Shown here in pieces: positions 20,943-30,105 of a DNA stretch of 64,000 bases; within the stretch, counting starts at the first letter, position 1, and each line of letters starts with the position of its first letter. Below the pieces are notes generated by a model, which was not told the DNA's origin, ran no database searches, and worked only from the letters and a program-made list of their open reading frames with translations. Where the stretch lies: assembly GCA_050014495.1 (NCBI GenBank), contig JBEKDF010000006.1, forward strand, positions 31,115-95,114. The letters run 5' to 3'. The translations under genes and the position numbers were made by a program. Source of the stretch: Candidatus Bathyarchaeia archaeon (GTDB lineage Archaea > Thermoproteota > Bathyarchaeia > TCS64).

Positions 20943-20994
20943 AGTAAATTTCCCAAATTGGCAGAAACTTTAGGGTGAGAACGCGAAATTAAAG

Positions 20995-21315
20995 CTAAGT
21001 GACTTGATTCTTGGGTATGACTCCGATTAGCTTCTGAATTAGTCTCGTGCCCTTCTCTGTGATTTTCGTCTTTATGTATGCGTTATGGTGTGTGAACTTC
21101 CACTCGAGATCAATTAAACCACTCTTGGAAAGGTTCTCAAGGATCTTCTCGCGGGTGGCCATCTCTGACGATTCGACGCCTTGAAACCACAAAATGAATG
21201 TCTTAGTTCCCTTGCTCGCAATGTCGACCAGCAATTCCCTGATCTGTGAAAGTTCGACATCGAGAATCTTGTCGCTCAGAACGAACTCTCTATAGATCCT
21301 GTTAAGGTCCTCCAA
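20995..21315 (-). CDS. Small hypothetical protein, winged-helix-like C-terminus
   Basis: LENLSKSGLI...KITEKG pattern; TTG start. Confidence 0.6.
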   Translation of the reverse strand: MEDLNRIYREFVLSDKILDVELSQIRELLVDIASKGTKTFILWFQGVESSEMATREKILENLSKSGLIDLEWKFTHHNAYIKTKITEKGTRLIQKLIGVIPKNQVT

Positions 21316-21665
21316 AACAACTACCAGACTGATCTCAGCGGCATGTCGAATTAAACATTATCAAGTGATAATCTAAAGAAGAGGACTAAGAGAGGCTGAA
21401 TTAGAGTTGCTTTAGAGTAATCATAAAGATCCTTTGGTTTTCCCCGACTTTTAATTGTATGAATATTTGAAGTTATAGTCTCTCATCACTTAATCTTTAA
21501 CTATAACGAAATAATTGCGATCTAGAAATTTGTGTTCGAATTAGTACTAGGTTTCTCGTCAGTCTGTGTTGAAACTGGATCATTAGCTAAGTTGCTATGT
21601 AATATCGGTTTTAATTTATTTTAGCAAATTTTGATTTTTACTTGCAGAATCGCGTGTTTGGTTAA

Positions 21666-22199
21666 TTATTTCTTTGTGATTTCGCCTTCATCAAGCCTAA
21701 CGAACTGCCTAGCCATCACGTTCCTAATCATGTTGGCGACACGCGTTGGGTCTCTCACCTTTATCATCCTCTTTGTAAAATCCCTCTCACTCTGAATCTT
21801 AATCATGATGTCTCCGGTGCCATAAATTCTACTGGTTATCGATCTGATGAGTTCTAGATCCGAGAATCCTGTTGGAACTATCACCGATGTCTTCGTCGTC
21901 AATAAACCAGTCTTGATCTCTAGGCTATCCTCCCTCAGGACGTAGAGGTTTGTGGCTCTAAGGACCAGCAGGTTAAGCTCCCAAATGAACCAAATGATGA
22001 GAAATGCAATTATCGTCAAAAATAGAAGCTGTATGTCATAGCTAGATACATTTCGATAGATTATATTCATAGAACTTTCCAGGTATAACACACCTGAGGC
22101 GATTATGGTTAGAAAGATCGTCCGAACTACGACGTAGGGAGTTATCCAAGGTCTGCCTCTCCAAACCTCCCTATCAGAATCCTGAGTAGAGCTGGCCAT
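21666..22199 (-). CDS. Two-TM protein with bacterial-type PH (bPH_2) domain
   Basis: WRGRP, 2 TMs, IKTGLL...RIYGTGDI...DP. Start placed at ATG 22199. Confidence 0.75.
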   Translation of the reverse strand: MASSTQDSDREVWRGRPWITPYVVVRTIFLTIIASGVLYLESSMNIIYRNVSSYDIQLLFLTIIAFLIIWFIWELNLLVLRATNLYVLREDSLEIKTGLLTTKTSVIVPTGFSDLELIRSITSRIYGTGDIMIKIQSERDFTKRMIKVRDPTRVANMIRNVMARQFVRLDEGEITKK

Positions 22200-22330
22200 A
22201 TTCAATATCACATAAAACACACAGTGAATTATATTTAACCTGTCTATTCTAAACACGCTTGGGGGCCATGTGAGAGGACTTGAATCCTATTCTCGTGATC
22301 AGCGTTTGGTGCCCCATCTGCCCCAGCTTG

Positions 22331-22798
22331 TTATCTCTTCAGACTCTTTCTTTGTTTCGTGGTAGGCGACTCATCTGGGTTACCAAGAGGTGTTATTGCT
22401 ACTACCCTCATGTGGTCAGGTACCCCAAGTAGGCCCTTAATCTCAAGGTCGCGCTGCATGGAACCCATCCAACATGTACCTAATCCCTCATTGGCTGCAG
22501 CCAGCATGACGTGTTCGAAGGCTATGCCTACGTCGTTCTGCCACCAGTTGGGTGAAATCGTGGGATCACCGAGAGCCACTATGATAATCGGCGCGCCTGC
22601 TGCCCAGGTCTGGTTACCTGCGAGCTTTTTTCTAACATCTGGGTCGCGCACAACTATGAAGTGGCAGGGATACTTGTTGGCTGCTGATGGTGCGAGTCTC
22701 GCTGCTTCGAGCACCCTGAGAGCCTGATCATCGGAGACCGGTGTCCCCTTGTATTTTCTGATGCTTCTCCTCTTCTCGATTGCATCTTTAAAGTCCAT
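22331..22798 (-). CDS. Nitroreductase family protein (possible 1-nt frameshift at the C-terminus)
   Basis: RRSIRKY, APSAAN, GLGTCW. The alternative frame gives EITSWGRWGTKR* ending at 22299. Confidence 0.9.
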   Translation of the reverse strand: MDFKDAIEKRRSIRKYKGTPVSDDQALRVLEAARLAPSAANKYPCHFIVVRDPDVRKKLAGNQTWAAGAPIIIVALGDPTISPNWWQNDVGIAFEHVMLAAANEGLGTCWMGSMQRDLEIKGLLGVPDHMRVVAITPLGNPDESPTTKQRKSLKR

Positions 22799-22888
22799 TC
22801 AAACACCACACAAACAATGAAGCGAGTGATGGGGGTTCTATTTAAGTAGGGGAGGAGCGTCACGCACGCTTGTGCTGGGTGCTTCTCG

Positions 22889-23236
22889 GTGTCTGATGTT
22901 GAAAAGAGGTTTAAATCAGGAATCGTTCAGATGATCCTCTCCCACGATGCCGAGGAAGCACTCACTTCCTTAGCTGAACACTTTAACGTTGATGCTCCTG
23001 CCCTCAGGGTGGGTCTCCCAAGGGGTCATGTCAACGTAGCGGGGTGCTACGTGGTTGAGAAGGAGACCATCTATGTGGCGAACAGTGAAGGATTAGCTGA
23101 CCCATTTCTGATCCTGCATGAGTTCTATCACCATCTAAGGTCGGTTAGTGGTATCCATAGGGGGACTGAGAGATATGCAAACAGGTTCGCCCGCGAGTTT
23201 ATCGAAAAGTACAAGGAACGTGCATATTGGCCTTGA
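22889..23236 (+). CDS. Small HExxH zincin-like hypothetical protein
   Basis: GCY...IYV...ILHEFYHH...TERYANRFA. Confidence 0.7.
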   Translation: MSDVEKRFKSGIVQMILSHDAEEALTSLAEHFNVDAPALRVGLPRGHVNVAGCYVVEKETIYVANSEGLADPFLILHEFYHHLRSVSGIHRGTERYANRFAREFIEKYKERAYWP

Positions 23237-23341
23237 GCGACTAGACTTAATAAAATAGTGTAAACAAAAGAATTTTAAGATTTTCAGTTAGCATTCACTC
23301 ATTATAAATATGCTTTGCGTTCTCATGCACAGCAAATGCCA

Positions 23342-24622
23342 TTAGAACTTGATATGGGGCGTAAAATTGTAAGGTTTGGCATTCGGATACTCATCCTCCA
23401 CCCGGGTGAGGAAATTGATACCGTAAACACGTTCGCCATTTTTCGGTGGGCCCTGTTTCGTGGCGCAGCAGCCATAAGCGACGGCGATATCAAAGATGGG
23501 GTCATCGACGACACCGCCGGCCCTGACAGAGGGGATGGCGATGATACCCTTAGCCCGGGCGTACTCCAGCGCCTCTAAGCTTTCACTGATCGTCCCGACC
23601 TGGTTCGGCTTGAAGATGAACGCTTCACAAACTTTCATCTGAGCTGCCTTCTTGAGCATATTAATGTTCGTCACCGTCAGATCGTCTCCCACCAGCATTG
23701 TCCGGTCCAAGACCTTTGCCGCCTTTTGCCAACCTTCCCAGTCGTTTTCATCCACCGGATCCTCCACATAGAGGAAATTATATTTCGTCGTCAGTTCCTT
23801 GAGGTATTCCAACAGGGTGTCCAGATCAACTTCCTTACTGACGAAATCGTAGGTGTTCCGTTCCGGGTTGTAGAGTTCGCTACAGGCGCAGTCGGCGGCA
23901 AACGCGATTTTATCCTCTGCCCCACAGCGCCTTGCTGCTTCATATAAAATATCAAAAGATACCATAGGATCCGGACTGGGTGCCTGCCAACCGGTGAGAC
24001 TGCCCGGCTTAGGAGGTCGCCCGTGTTGATAATCCTGAATTACTGACGGCGTCAATTGGAAAATCTGGTATATAATATGGACCGCTTCCATAATCGTCTT
24101 CGCTTTGTAAGGGACGATGGTACACTCCTGGAATGGCATTGATCCCTTTTGGTAGCTGCCACCGGAGATGCAGTTCACCGTGGGGAAGGGAATCGTCTTG
24201 ATTTCACCTGGATTCAAATGACGATAAAGGGGCTTGTTCTCGGTGTTAGCCGCCGCCCGAATGCTAGCCAGAGAGACACTGCAGAGAGTATTCCCACCCA
24301 GCCTGGATTTATCTTCCGTACCGTCCAGCTCAATCATCGTCCGGTCAATCGCCTTCTGGTCCATCACATCCATTCCCTGCAGAGCAGGGACAATCGTGTT
24401 ATGGACAATATCAACAGCCTTGAACACGCTCAGGCCGTCAAACCACTTGGGATCTTTGTCCCGCAAGACGTATGCTTCATGTGATCCGGCTGAGATACCC
24501 GAGGGAGCCGACCCACGCCCGAGGATTCCGCCTGCGGTAACCACATCCACCTCCAGCATCGGCTTTCCTTTGCTGTCTAAGATTTGTCTGGCTTTGATGG
24601 TTTTAATATTCGTACTTCCCAT
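23342..24622 (-). CDS. Enolase-superfamily protein with divergent catalytic residues
   Basis: ARQILDSKGKP, PSG, LGGN, QE, VEDP, VGDDL, KPNQVGT present; GDEGG and SHRSG altered to GSLTG and SVRAG. Confidence 0.9.
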   Translation of the reverse strand: MGSTNIKTIKARQILDSKGKPMLEVDVVTAGGILGRGSAPSGISAGSHEAYVLRDKDPKWFDGLSVFKAVDIVHNTIVPALQGMDVMDQKAIDRTMIELDGTEDKSRLGGNTLCSVSLASIRAAANTENKPLYRHLNPGEIKTIPFPTVNCISGGSYQKGSMPFQECTIVPYKAKTIMEAVHIIYQIFQLTPSVIQDYQHGRPPKPGSLTGWQAPSPDPMVSFDILYEAARRCGAEDKIAFAADCACSELYNPERNTYDFVSKEVDLDTLLEYLKELTTKYNFLYVEDPVDENDWEGWQKAAKVLDRTMLVGDDLTVTNINMLKKAAQMKVCEAFIFKPNQVGTISESLEALEYARAKGIIAIPSVRAGGVVDDPIFDIAVAYGCCATKQGPPKNGERVYGINFLTRVEDEYPNAKPYNFTPHIKF

Positions 24623-24643
24623 TGATACCGCCCCTTTCTCGAA

Positions 24644-26047
24644 CTAATCCAGTTTCTTGGGTATATATAGGACATTGAAGTCACACAGGTTCGTCCCCGT
24701 ATTCCCCGTGAAGATGCAACATCCTAACTCCAACAAAGCTTCATAGGTGGCGTGTCCGCGCAGCGCTTCCTGTAGATCAATGCCCCTGGAAACTGCCTGA
24801 CGATAAGTCTCAGAATCGGTGATACCACCAGCCATTCTCGTCGTCCCATCCGTCCCCTCCGTATCGATGGAAAGCATACAGGCTCTCGGTGCTTCCCTAG
24901 CGACGATGGCAAATCCATCTGTCAATTCCTGTGAAGGCCCGCCATGCCCCTTGATTTCCTGGTTGTCTAGTATATAGGTCGAGGTCTCACCGGCGGAGAA
25001 AATCATGCAGGGAGGCGCGATCGGTCGATGAAAGCGTTGTACCTCTTTGGCGATGCAGGCAAAAGTCATTCCCGCATCTTTGCTTTCCCCTTCAAGGCTG
25101 GTTGTGAGAATCATGTGGTTGATCCCCATATCTGAGGCAATTTCAGAGGCATACTGGCAGGAATCGGATAAGATGTTGAGCATGAAGTAGGTGGCACGGG
25201 CAATCGATTTCGGTGTTTCCTGCGCCTCCGTGCCGTTGAAGATGTACGACTCCACGCTTCGGGGCAGTCGCCCAACCAAACCATGTTCCCGGATAATCCT
25301 TTGCGCATCCGCAAACGTAGAATAGTCTGGACCGATAGGCGTGCCTCGCATCCCCACCGGTTCCCCGTAATCTTTGATGGGTGGCCAGTCCAAGGCGTCC
25401 CAGATATTGAGGCCGATCATTTCGGCACCTCTTTTCTCGATCCGCTGCCCCAACCGGCCGCGATTCATCTGGGAGATGTGGCCCCGAATGACATTGATAT
25501 CCATCACTCTAATATTCGATTTGAGCATGGTATCGGTAGCCGCCATTTTTTCTTCTAGGGTAATCCCGTCCACAGGGTATCCCATCAGAGCCGTACTACC
25601 GCCGCTGATGCATACTATGAACAAATCATCCTGATCTGCCTGGTCCACAATCTCCAGCATTCTCTGGCAGCCCCGGACACCTTCGTAGTTAGGCAGTGGG
25701 TGGCCACCGACAAATACTTCCGTGTTGACGTAATGGTCCGTTTCTTCTACGATTTTTACGATGGCGACGCCTTTGGTAAGCCGCTGGTCCAAGATATCAT
25801 CCATCGCCATGGCCATATGATTTGCCGCTTTCCCGGCAGAGAAAACATAGACATGGCGCTTCTGGGCCAAGTCCCACTGACGATTGCCAATATGAAGAAG
25901 ATCCCCTTTCAGACTGACAAAGGCTTTGAGGCGTTCATAAGCGTCCAGCTTCTGTAAGACCTGTTCCGTAATCTCAAGGACAATGCGGCGGGAATCAACT
26001 ACCCCTTGGGCAAGGAGTTCATCCTTATTGCGAATCTTTAACCGCAA
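24644..26047 (-). CDS. GckA/TtuD (DUF4147+MOFRL) glycerate-kinase-like protein, divergent
   Basis: GKAA, GHPLP, ISGGS, AGET, GHGGPSQE, TEGTDG, TGTNLCD; TTG start behind GAGGGAAAGG. Confidence 0.9.
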   Translation of the reverse strand: MRLKIRNKDELLAQGVVDSRRIVLEITEQVLQKLDAYERLKAFVSLKGDLLHIGNRQWDLAQKRHVYVFSAGKAANHMAMAMDDILDQRLTKGVAIVKIVEETDHYVNTEVFVGGHPLPNYEGVRGCQRMLEIVDQADQDDLFIVCISGGSTALMGYPVDGITLEEKMAATDTMLKSNIRVMDINVIRGHISQMNRGRLGQRIEKRGAEMIGLNIWDALDWPPIKDYGEPVGMRGTPIGPDYSTFADAQRIIREHGLVGRLPRSVESYIFNGTEAQETPKSIARATYFMLNILSDSCQYASEIASDMGINHMILTTSLEGESKDAGMTFACIAKEVQRFHRPIAPPCMIFSAGETSTYILDNQEIKGHGGPSQELTDGFAIVAREAPRACMLSIDTEGTDGTTRMAGGITDSETYRQAVSRGIDLQEALRGHATYEALLELGCCIFTGNTGTNLCDFNVLYIPKKLD

Positions 26048-26197
26048 TGGCCTTTCCCTCTTTTCTCTTATCTTGCGAATTTTTTTCTCCTATTAAGTTT
26101 ACGCCAAAAATGCTTAAGCTCTCTTACTCAGGACAAAACTTGGCGAGGATAAAAATTGTGCATGCAGCGAATATGGATCTTTTTAGATTAAAAGCAT

Positions 26198-26273
26198 TGG
26201 TGGACTGGGAGGGATTTGAACCCCCGACTTCCGCCATGCCAAGGCGGCGATCATACGACTGATCTACCAGCCC
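26198..26273 (-). tRNA. tRNA-Ala(GGC), CCA encoded, no intron
   Basis: GGGCTGG/CCAGTCC acceptor with G3:U70, anticodon arm CCGCC-TTGGCAT-GGCGG, T-loop TTCAAAT, 3' ACCA. Confidence 0.97.
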
Positions 26274-26301
26274 AGCCAACACAAAACACAGGGACCATCC
26301 G

Positions 26302-26313
26302 TTTAAACCTTAT
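26302..26313 (-). promoter_or_regulatory. TATA box (with upstream purine-rich BRE) of tRNA-Ala
   Basis: ATAAGG-TTTAAA about 30 nt upstream of the mature 5' end. Confidence 0.6.
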
Positions 26314-26396
26314 CCCACATTCCTCTAATACTAAATTCAACTAATCGAGAAGCTACGCGAGAATACTAAAGCAGTGTAAAAAAGGGAAAAATCAAT

Positions 26397-27668
26397 CTAT
26401 GGGGAGTTCTGACTTGTGGGATCAGAGATCAACCCTGAAAAGAGAATTGTCCCCGATCTGTCATCTCTGATTACGAACATGTAAGGCCTGTTGACTATGA
26501 AGGAGGTCCTAATTGGCATGCTTGTGACGGATATTCCTACATTGGTTGCAGCCGCTGCCACGGTGCCCTGCTCGTTCACCTCGATCACAGCCTTGTGGTC
26601 AACGAAAGCAATGTAGAGATGCTCAGGTCTAACATCCGCTATTCTGTTGAAGTCGGCTGAGTTTGAGTCGAAGGCTACGCCCATCCCGAGATTCGTCAAT
26701 GCATCCTTCAGATCGACCTTGCCATAGTCCAGCTTGAGCTTTGGTAGCTGCAGCGCCAACTCTGTATTCGATAGCTTGCTGAAGTAGGCGTCGAGGCTGT
26801 CCCCTGTTAAGCCAGCCGTGAATGATTTGAGCGAACTGCCCTCGGCTGGTAGGAACACGTACATCGCGATCTTGTCCCTCCCATAGGGGAGTCGCGCGAC
26901 CTGCACATTGTCATCCCCATAGTAAGCGTAGCTTCCTCCTCTACTCATCATGTCGACCTGAACAGAGGTTCCATCGGTTGTCGTGAAGCTCGCGGATTGA
27001 GTGAGGGTAGAATCAAACTTGTCGACCCAGTCCCCCTTGAAGTAGATCGCGTTAATCAGAAACATCATATCCTGGGAATCTATCTTGTCGAGGAGCTGGC
27101 TGATCTTACCGTTGGTCTCCTTATTCACCCATGAGTTAACCTCGCTTACTGTCGATGTGTCGAAAGGCCTGGAATAGACCTCACTTCTAAAGTAGCTCGA
27201 CAAGGTATTCGTGAAGACCGGGTTCACGGATGAGGCGAAATCGGATCTAATCCACACGGAGTCAGCGATGTTTAGACTCACGTCCTTGTCCACGTTCAGT
27301 AGGCTATCTATCAACTGTTGGAAACCGGTGTTCACGGCATCGTCACTCATACCGCTGAACCCTAGGACGCTGCCCATCGCCTCTCGAGTCGATGAATTCG
27401 CGCCATTGTAGGCCATACTGAGCGCGATAGAAACGCTGAGAGGTGAAATGAAGATGTCTTTTCCAGATTGTTCATTTTGTAGCTCCTTCAGTAACCTCAC
27501 CGCGAAATCGGTATTAGATGCAACGATCGACTTGTTGACGCTGAGAGCCTTTGAGTCTGAATTACCATATGCTAGGCTGGGGCTCAGATAGTTTATCAAA
27601 ACCCCCACTCCACCCATAATCAAAAGTAAAATTACTCCTGCGATTAGGCGACGTTTAGTTGAGTCCAT
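26397..27668 (-). CDS. Serpin with N-terminal membrane anchor
   Basis: IFISPLS, NAIYFKGDW, hinge EQGTVAAAAT, FIVNRPYMFVI. Confidence 0.95.
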   Translation of the reverse strand: MDSTKRRLIAGVILLLIMGGVGVLINYLSPSLAYGNSDSKALSVNKSIVASNTDFAVRLLKELQNEQSGKDIFISPLSVSIALSMAYNGANSSTREAMGSVLGFSGMSDDAVNTGFQQLIDSLLNVDKDVSLNIADSVWIRSDFASSVNPVFTNTLSSYFRSEVYSRPFDTSTVSEVNSWVNKETNGKISQLLDKIDSQDMMFLINAIYFKGDWVDKFDSTLTQSASFTTTDGTSVQVDMMSRGGSYAYYGDDNVQVARLPYGRDKIAMYVFLPAEGSSLKSFTAGLTGDSLDAYFSKLSNTELALQLPKLKLDYGKVDLKDALTNLGMGVAFDSNSADFNRIADVRPEHLYIAFVDHKAVIEVNEQGTVAAAATNVGISVTSMPIRTSFIVNRPYMFVIRDDRSGTILFSGLISDPTSQNSP

Positions 27669-27886
27669 CGATTATAGATATCAAGTCAATCATTATAATC
27701 CTAGGGTTTAGAACACCCCGAAACTGCTCACACACAATTATAGGGCGCACACAAATGGCAAATCACATTGTCTGCGATGACGACCATACAAAGGATAGGG
27801 TCGTTCTTGCTCTCTTAGTTTTAACAGCGTTGCGTAGGAGCTTGACAAATTAGATAAGAATGGAAGACCTAATCTCAACACGTTAG

Positions 27887-28567
27887 ATGGTCAAGGTACA
27901 AATCTTTAGCATGATGTCCATCAGCGACGCCGAGATTGTAGCAGGCACCGGAGCCGACCACGTCGGCTTTCAGGTCTCGACCGAAAACATCCCATACACA
28001 GTTGATCCACAGCTTGGTCATAACATCTGTGAAGCGATCAAACCTTTAGCGAAAGCGGTGATGATTCCTATCTCTCGAGACCCTGATAGAATACTAGAAA
28101 TTGCGCGTATCGTGGAACCAGACATCATCCAACTCGCCAACGAGGAAAAAACCCTTGGTTATGATGCCTTCTCTGCGCTGATAAAGAACCTGAAAAACGA
28201 AGGGTTCACAACCATCAAGGTCATCGCCGTGGGATCCGGTGATGAATTGGAAATAGTAAAACTCTACTCCCGTATATCTGACTTGATCATGCTTGACACT
28301 TATGGGAATCCACCATCCGAACTTCTCAAAGGATTCATCGGAGGAACCGGAAAAACGAACGATTGGAAGCTAGGCCGAATCATAGTAGAATCTATTAACA
28401 AGCCGGTGATTCTCGCAGGGGGACTCAACCTAGACAACGTAACATCAGCCATCGAGCAGGTGAAGCCCTGGGGAGTGGATGCAGCCTCAGCCCTATCAAT
28501 CCCAGGAACACGAGGCAAAAAAGACATCGAGAAGGTTAAGAGATTTGTCGAACTCGCGAAGGGATAA
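27887..28567 (+). CDS. Phosphoribosylanthranilate isomerase (TrpF)-like protein, non-canonical
   Basis: GADHVG, MLDT, GGTGKTNDW, LAGGLN, WGVD; KICG replaced by QIFS. Confidence 0.82.
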   Translation: MVKVQIFSMMSISDAEIVAGTGADHVGFQVSTENIPYTVDPQLGHNICEAIKPLAKAVMIPISRDPDRILEIARIVEPDIIQLANEEKTLGYDAFSALIKNLKNEGFTTIKVIAVGSGDELEIVKLYSRISDLIMLDTYGNPPSELLKGFIGGTGKTNDWKLGRIIVESINKPVILAGGLNLDNVTSAIEQVKPWGVDAASALSIPGTRGKKDIEKVKRFVELAKG

Positions 28568-29474
28568 AGCCAAGCATTCTCTAGGCGATCTCCTAGTCCT
28601 AGGCGACTTATGCTTAGACGTCGACGTATTCTACGAGTACAAGAAGGGTTCTTCTCAACGAGCGAGCAAAATCAGCCTCGGAGAAGGTGGTTCCGGGGGA
28701 AACGTAGCCTTTATGGCTGAGCGTCTCGGCTTGGAGACGGGACTTGCCGCCCCAATCTCAAACGACTCCATGGGGAGCCTCCTCGAATCGATGGTAAAAC
28801 AAAGGCATGGGAATCTAAGTTTCTATCCCCTGAAGGATCCAGAACAAACGACCTGCATCATAGTAAGCATGATCAATAAGCGTGGAGCGAGGAGAGCATA
28901 TTTCAAGACAAACGAGGGAAACTGCAAACTCCAGAGCCTATATGAGATAGCCTCAAAATACTCGGCTATCCACTTGTCAGGTTACACCCTAGAACTCTTC
29001 GACGTCGGAGAGCTAAGCGATTTTGTGCATGAAACCAAGATGAGGGGCGTTGAGATAACACTCGACCTCTTCCCACGTATTGGACTCGCAACAGAATCAA
29101 AAGCAGAATTGGATCATCTCCTTGAAGATGTAGACTTCTTGTTTGGGAACTTACAGGAATTCAGAGCCCTAACAGGGTCTCCTCAAACAAGTGACATCTT
29201 ACAGGATTTTCTAAACAAAGGAAGAAACTTAGTAATCAAGAAGGGATCCAAGGGAGCGATCTTCGCGGGCCCTATAGGAATAATTTCATCGCCGCCCCTG
29301 AAGGTAAAACCCTTTAGCCTAAAAGGAGCTGGTGATTCCTTCATCGCTGGATTCCTGGCTTCTCATTTAAGGGGCTACAGTATTCAACAGGCACTAAATG
29401 CAGCGAATCTGATCGCTGGAACCCATGTAGCAGACGCTGACGAACAGATTACACAACGGTCAATCGACCTGTAG
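28545..29474 (+). CDS. PfkB/ribokinase family carbohydrate kinase
   Basis: GDLCLD, GGSGGNVA, NLQE, KKGSKGA, GAGDSF. Start uncertain (TTG 28545 overlaps the upstream stop). Confidence 0.85.
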   Translation: MSNSRRDKAKHSLGDLLVLGDLCLDVDVFYEYKKGSSQRASKISLGEGGSGGNVAFMAERLGLETGLAAPISNDSMGSLLESMVKQRHGNLSFYPLKDPEQTTCIIVSMINKRGARRAYFKTNEGNCKLQSLYEIASKYSAIHLSGYTLELFDVGELSDFVHETKMRGVEITLDLFPRIGLATESKAELDHLLEDVDFLFGNLQEFRALTGSPQTSDILQDFLNKGRNLVIKKGSKGAIFAGPIGIISSPPLKVKPFSLKGAGDSFIAGFLASHLRGYSIQQALNAANLIAGTHVADADEQITQRSIDL

Positions 29475-29547
29475 GTTCAGCTCTGCTATATTGCCTTGTG
29501 GGTAGAGCGCATACCCCTTAAATCCAGCGATGCAGAAGCAAACGCCG

Positions 29548-29976
29548 ATGCTCCTCGAGGAAAGCTTTGCCGCTTATGGCCACCCCAATATACGCGCTAC
29601 CCACGAGAAGACCATTGAAGTCACGAAGGATACACAACTCACAACTCAGGGAGACTGTATAGCCGCAGTTAGATCCGAAAAGGGGCTGATTGATCTTAAC
29701 AAAGAGATGAGGGAGGCGGCGAGGAACCCAGAATCAATCATCTCACTAACACTTAGAGTGGGAGAAAGGGTCTTCACAACAGTGGGTAGAGGGGATCCCT
29801 CAATCACTTGGCGTCACCCAACCGATATGGTTGCTCGTATGAGTGGCTACATCTGTCCACGTACCCTCATGGTCTACGCCGATAAAGCTACTTTGCAAAT
29901 GCCTCGCTCCTTCGTCCAGCTCCTCAAGGACCCAAACACAATAGTCAAGGTCATCATCTCTGTTGAGACTAGCTAA
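29548..29976 (+). CDS. DUF371 protein
   Basis: GHPNIRATHEKTIEVTKD...GDCI...RTL...ADKA; TATA-like CTTAAAT about 27 nt upstream of ATG 29548. Confidence 0.88.
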   Translation: MLLEESFAAYGHPNIRATHEKTIEVTKDTQLTTQGDCIAAVRSEKGLIDLNKEMREAARNPESIISLTLRVGERVFTTVGRGDPSITWRHPTDMVARMSGYICPRTLMVYADKATLQMPRSFVQLLKDPNTIVKVIISVETS

Positions 29977-30105
29977 CCGTGCGTGCTATCGTGAATCCCC
30001 CACACAATCATACTCTTCAATCAGAGTCGTACGCGTAGGGTACCACACGTTTTATAGCGTCTGGGGGGAAGATGGTTCACAATTTAATCACTGGATGGTG
30101 GATGG

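Noticed and set aside
23240..23340. att direct repeat of the tRNA-Ala 3' end
   Set aside because: No copy of TGGTGGACTGGG was found by eye; only a trivial AGCATT match.
26047..26262. 71-aa ORF on the + strand
   Set aside because: Antisense to tRNA-Ala and the kinase upstream region.
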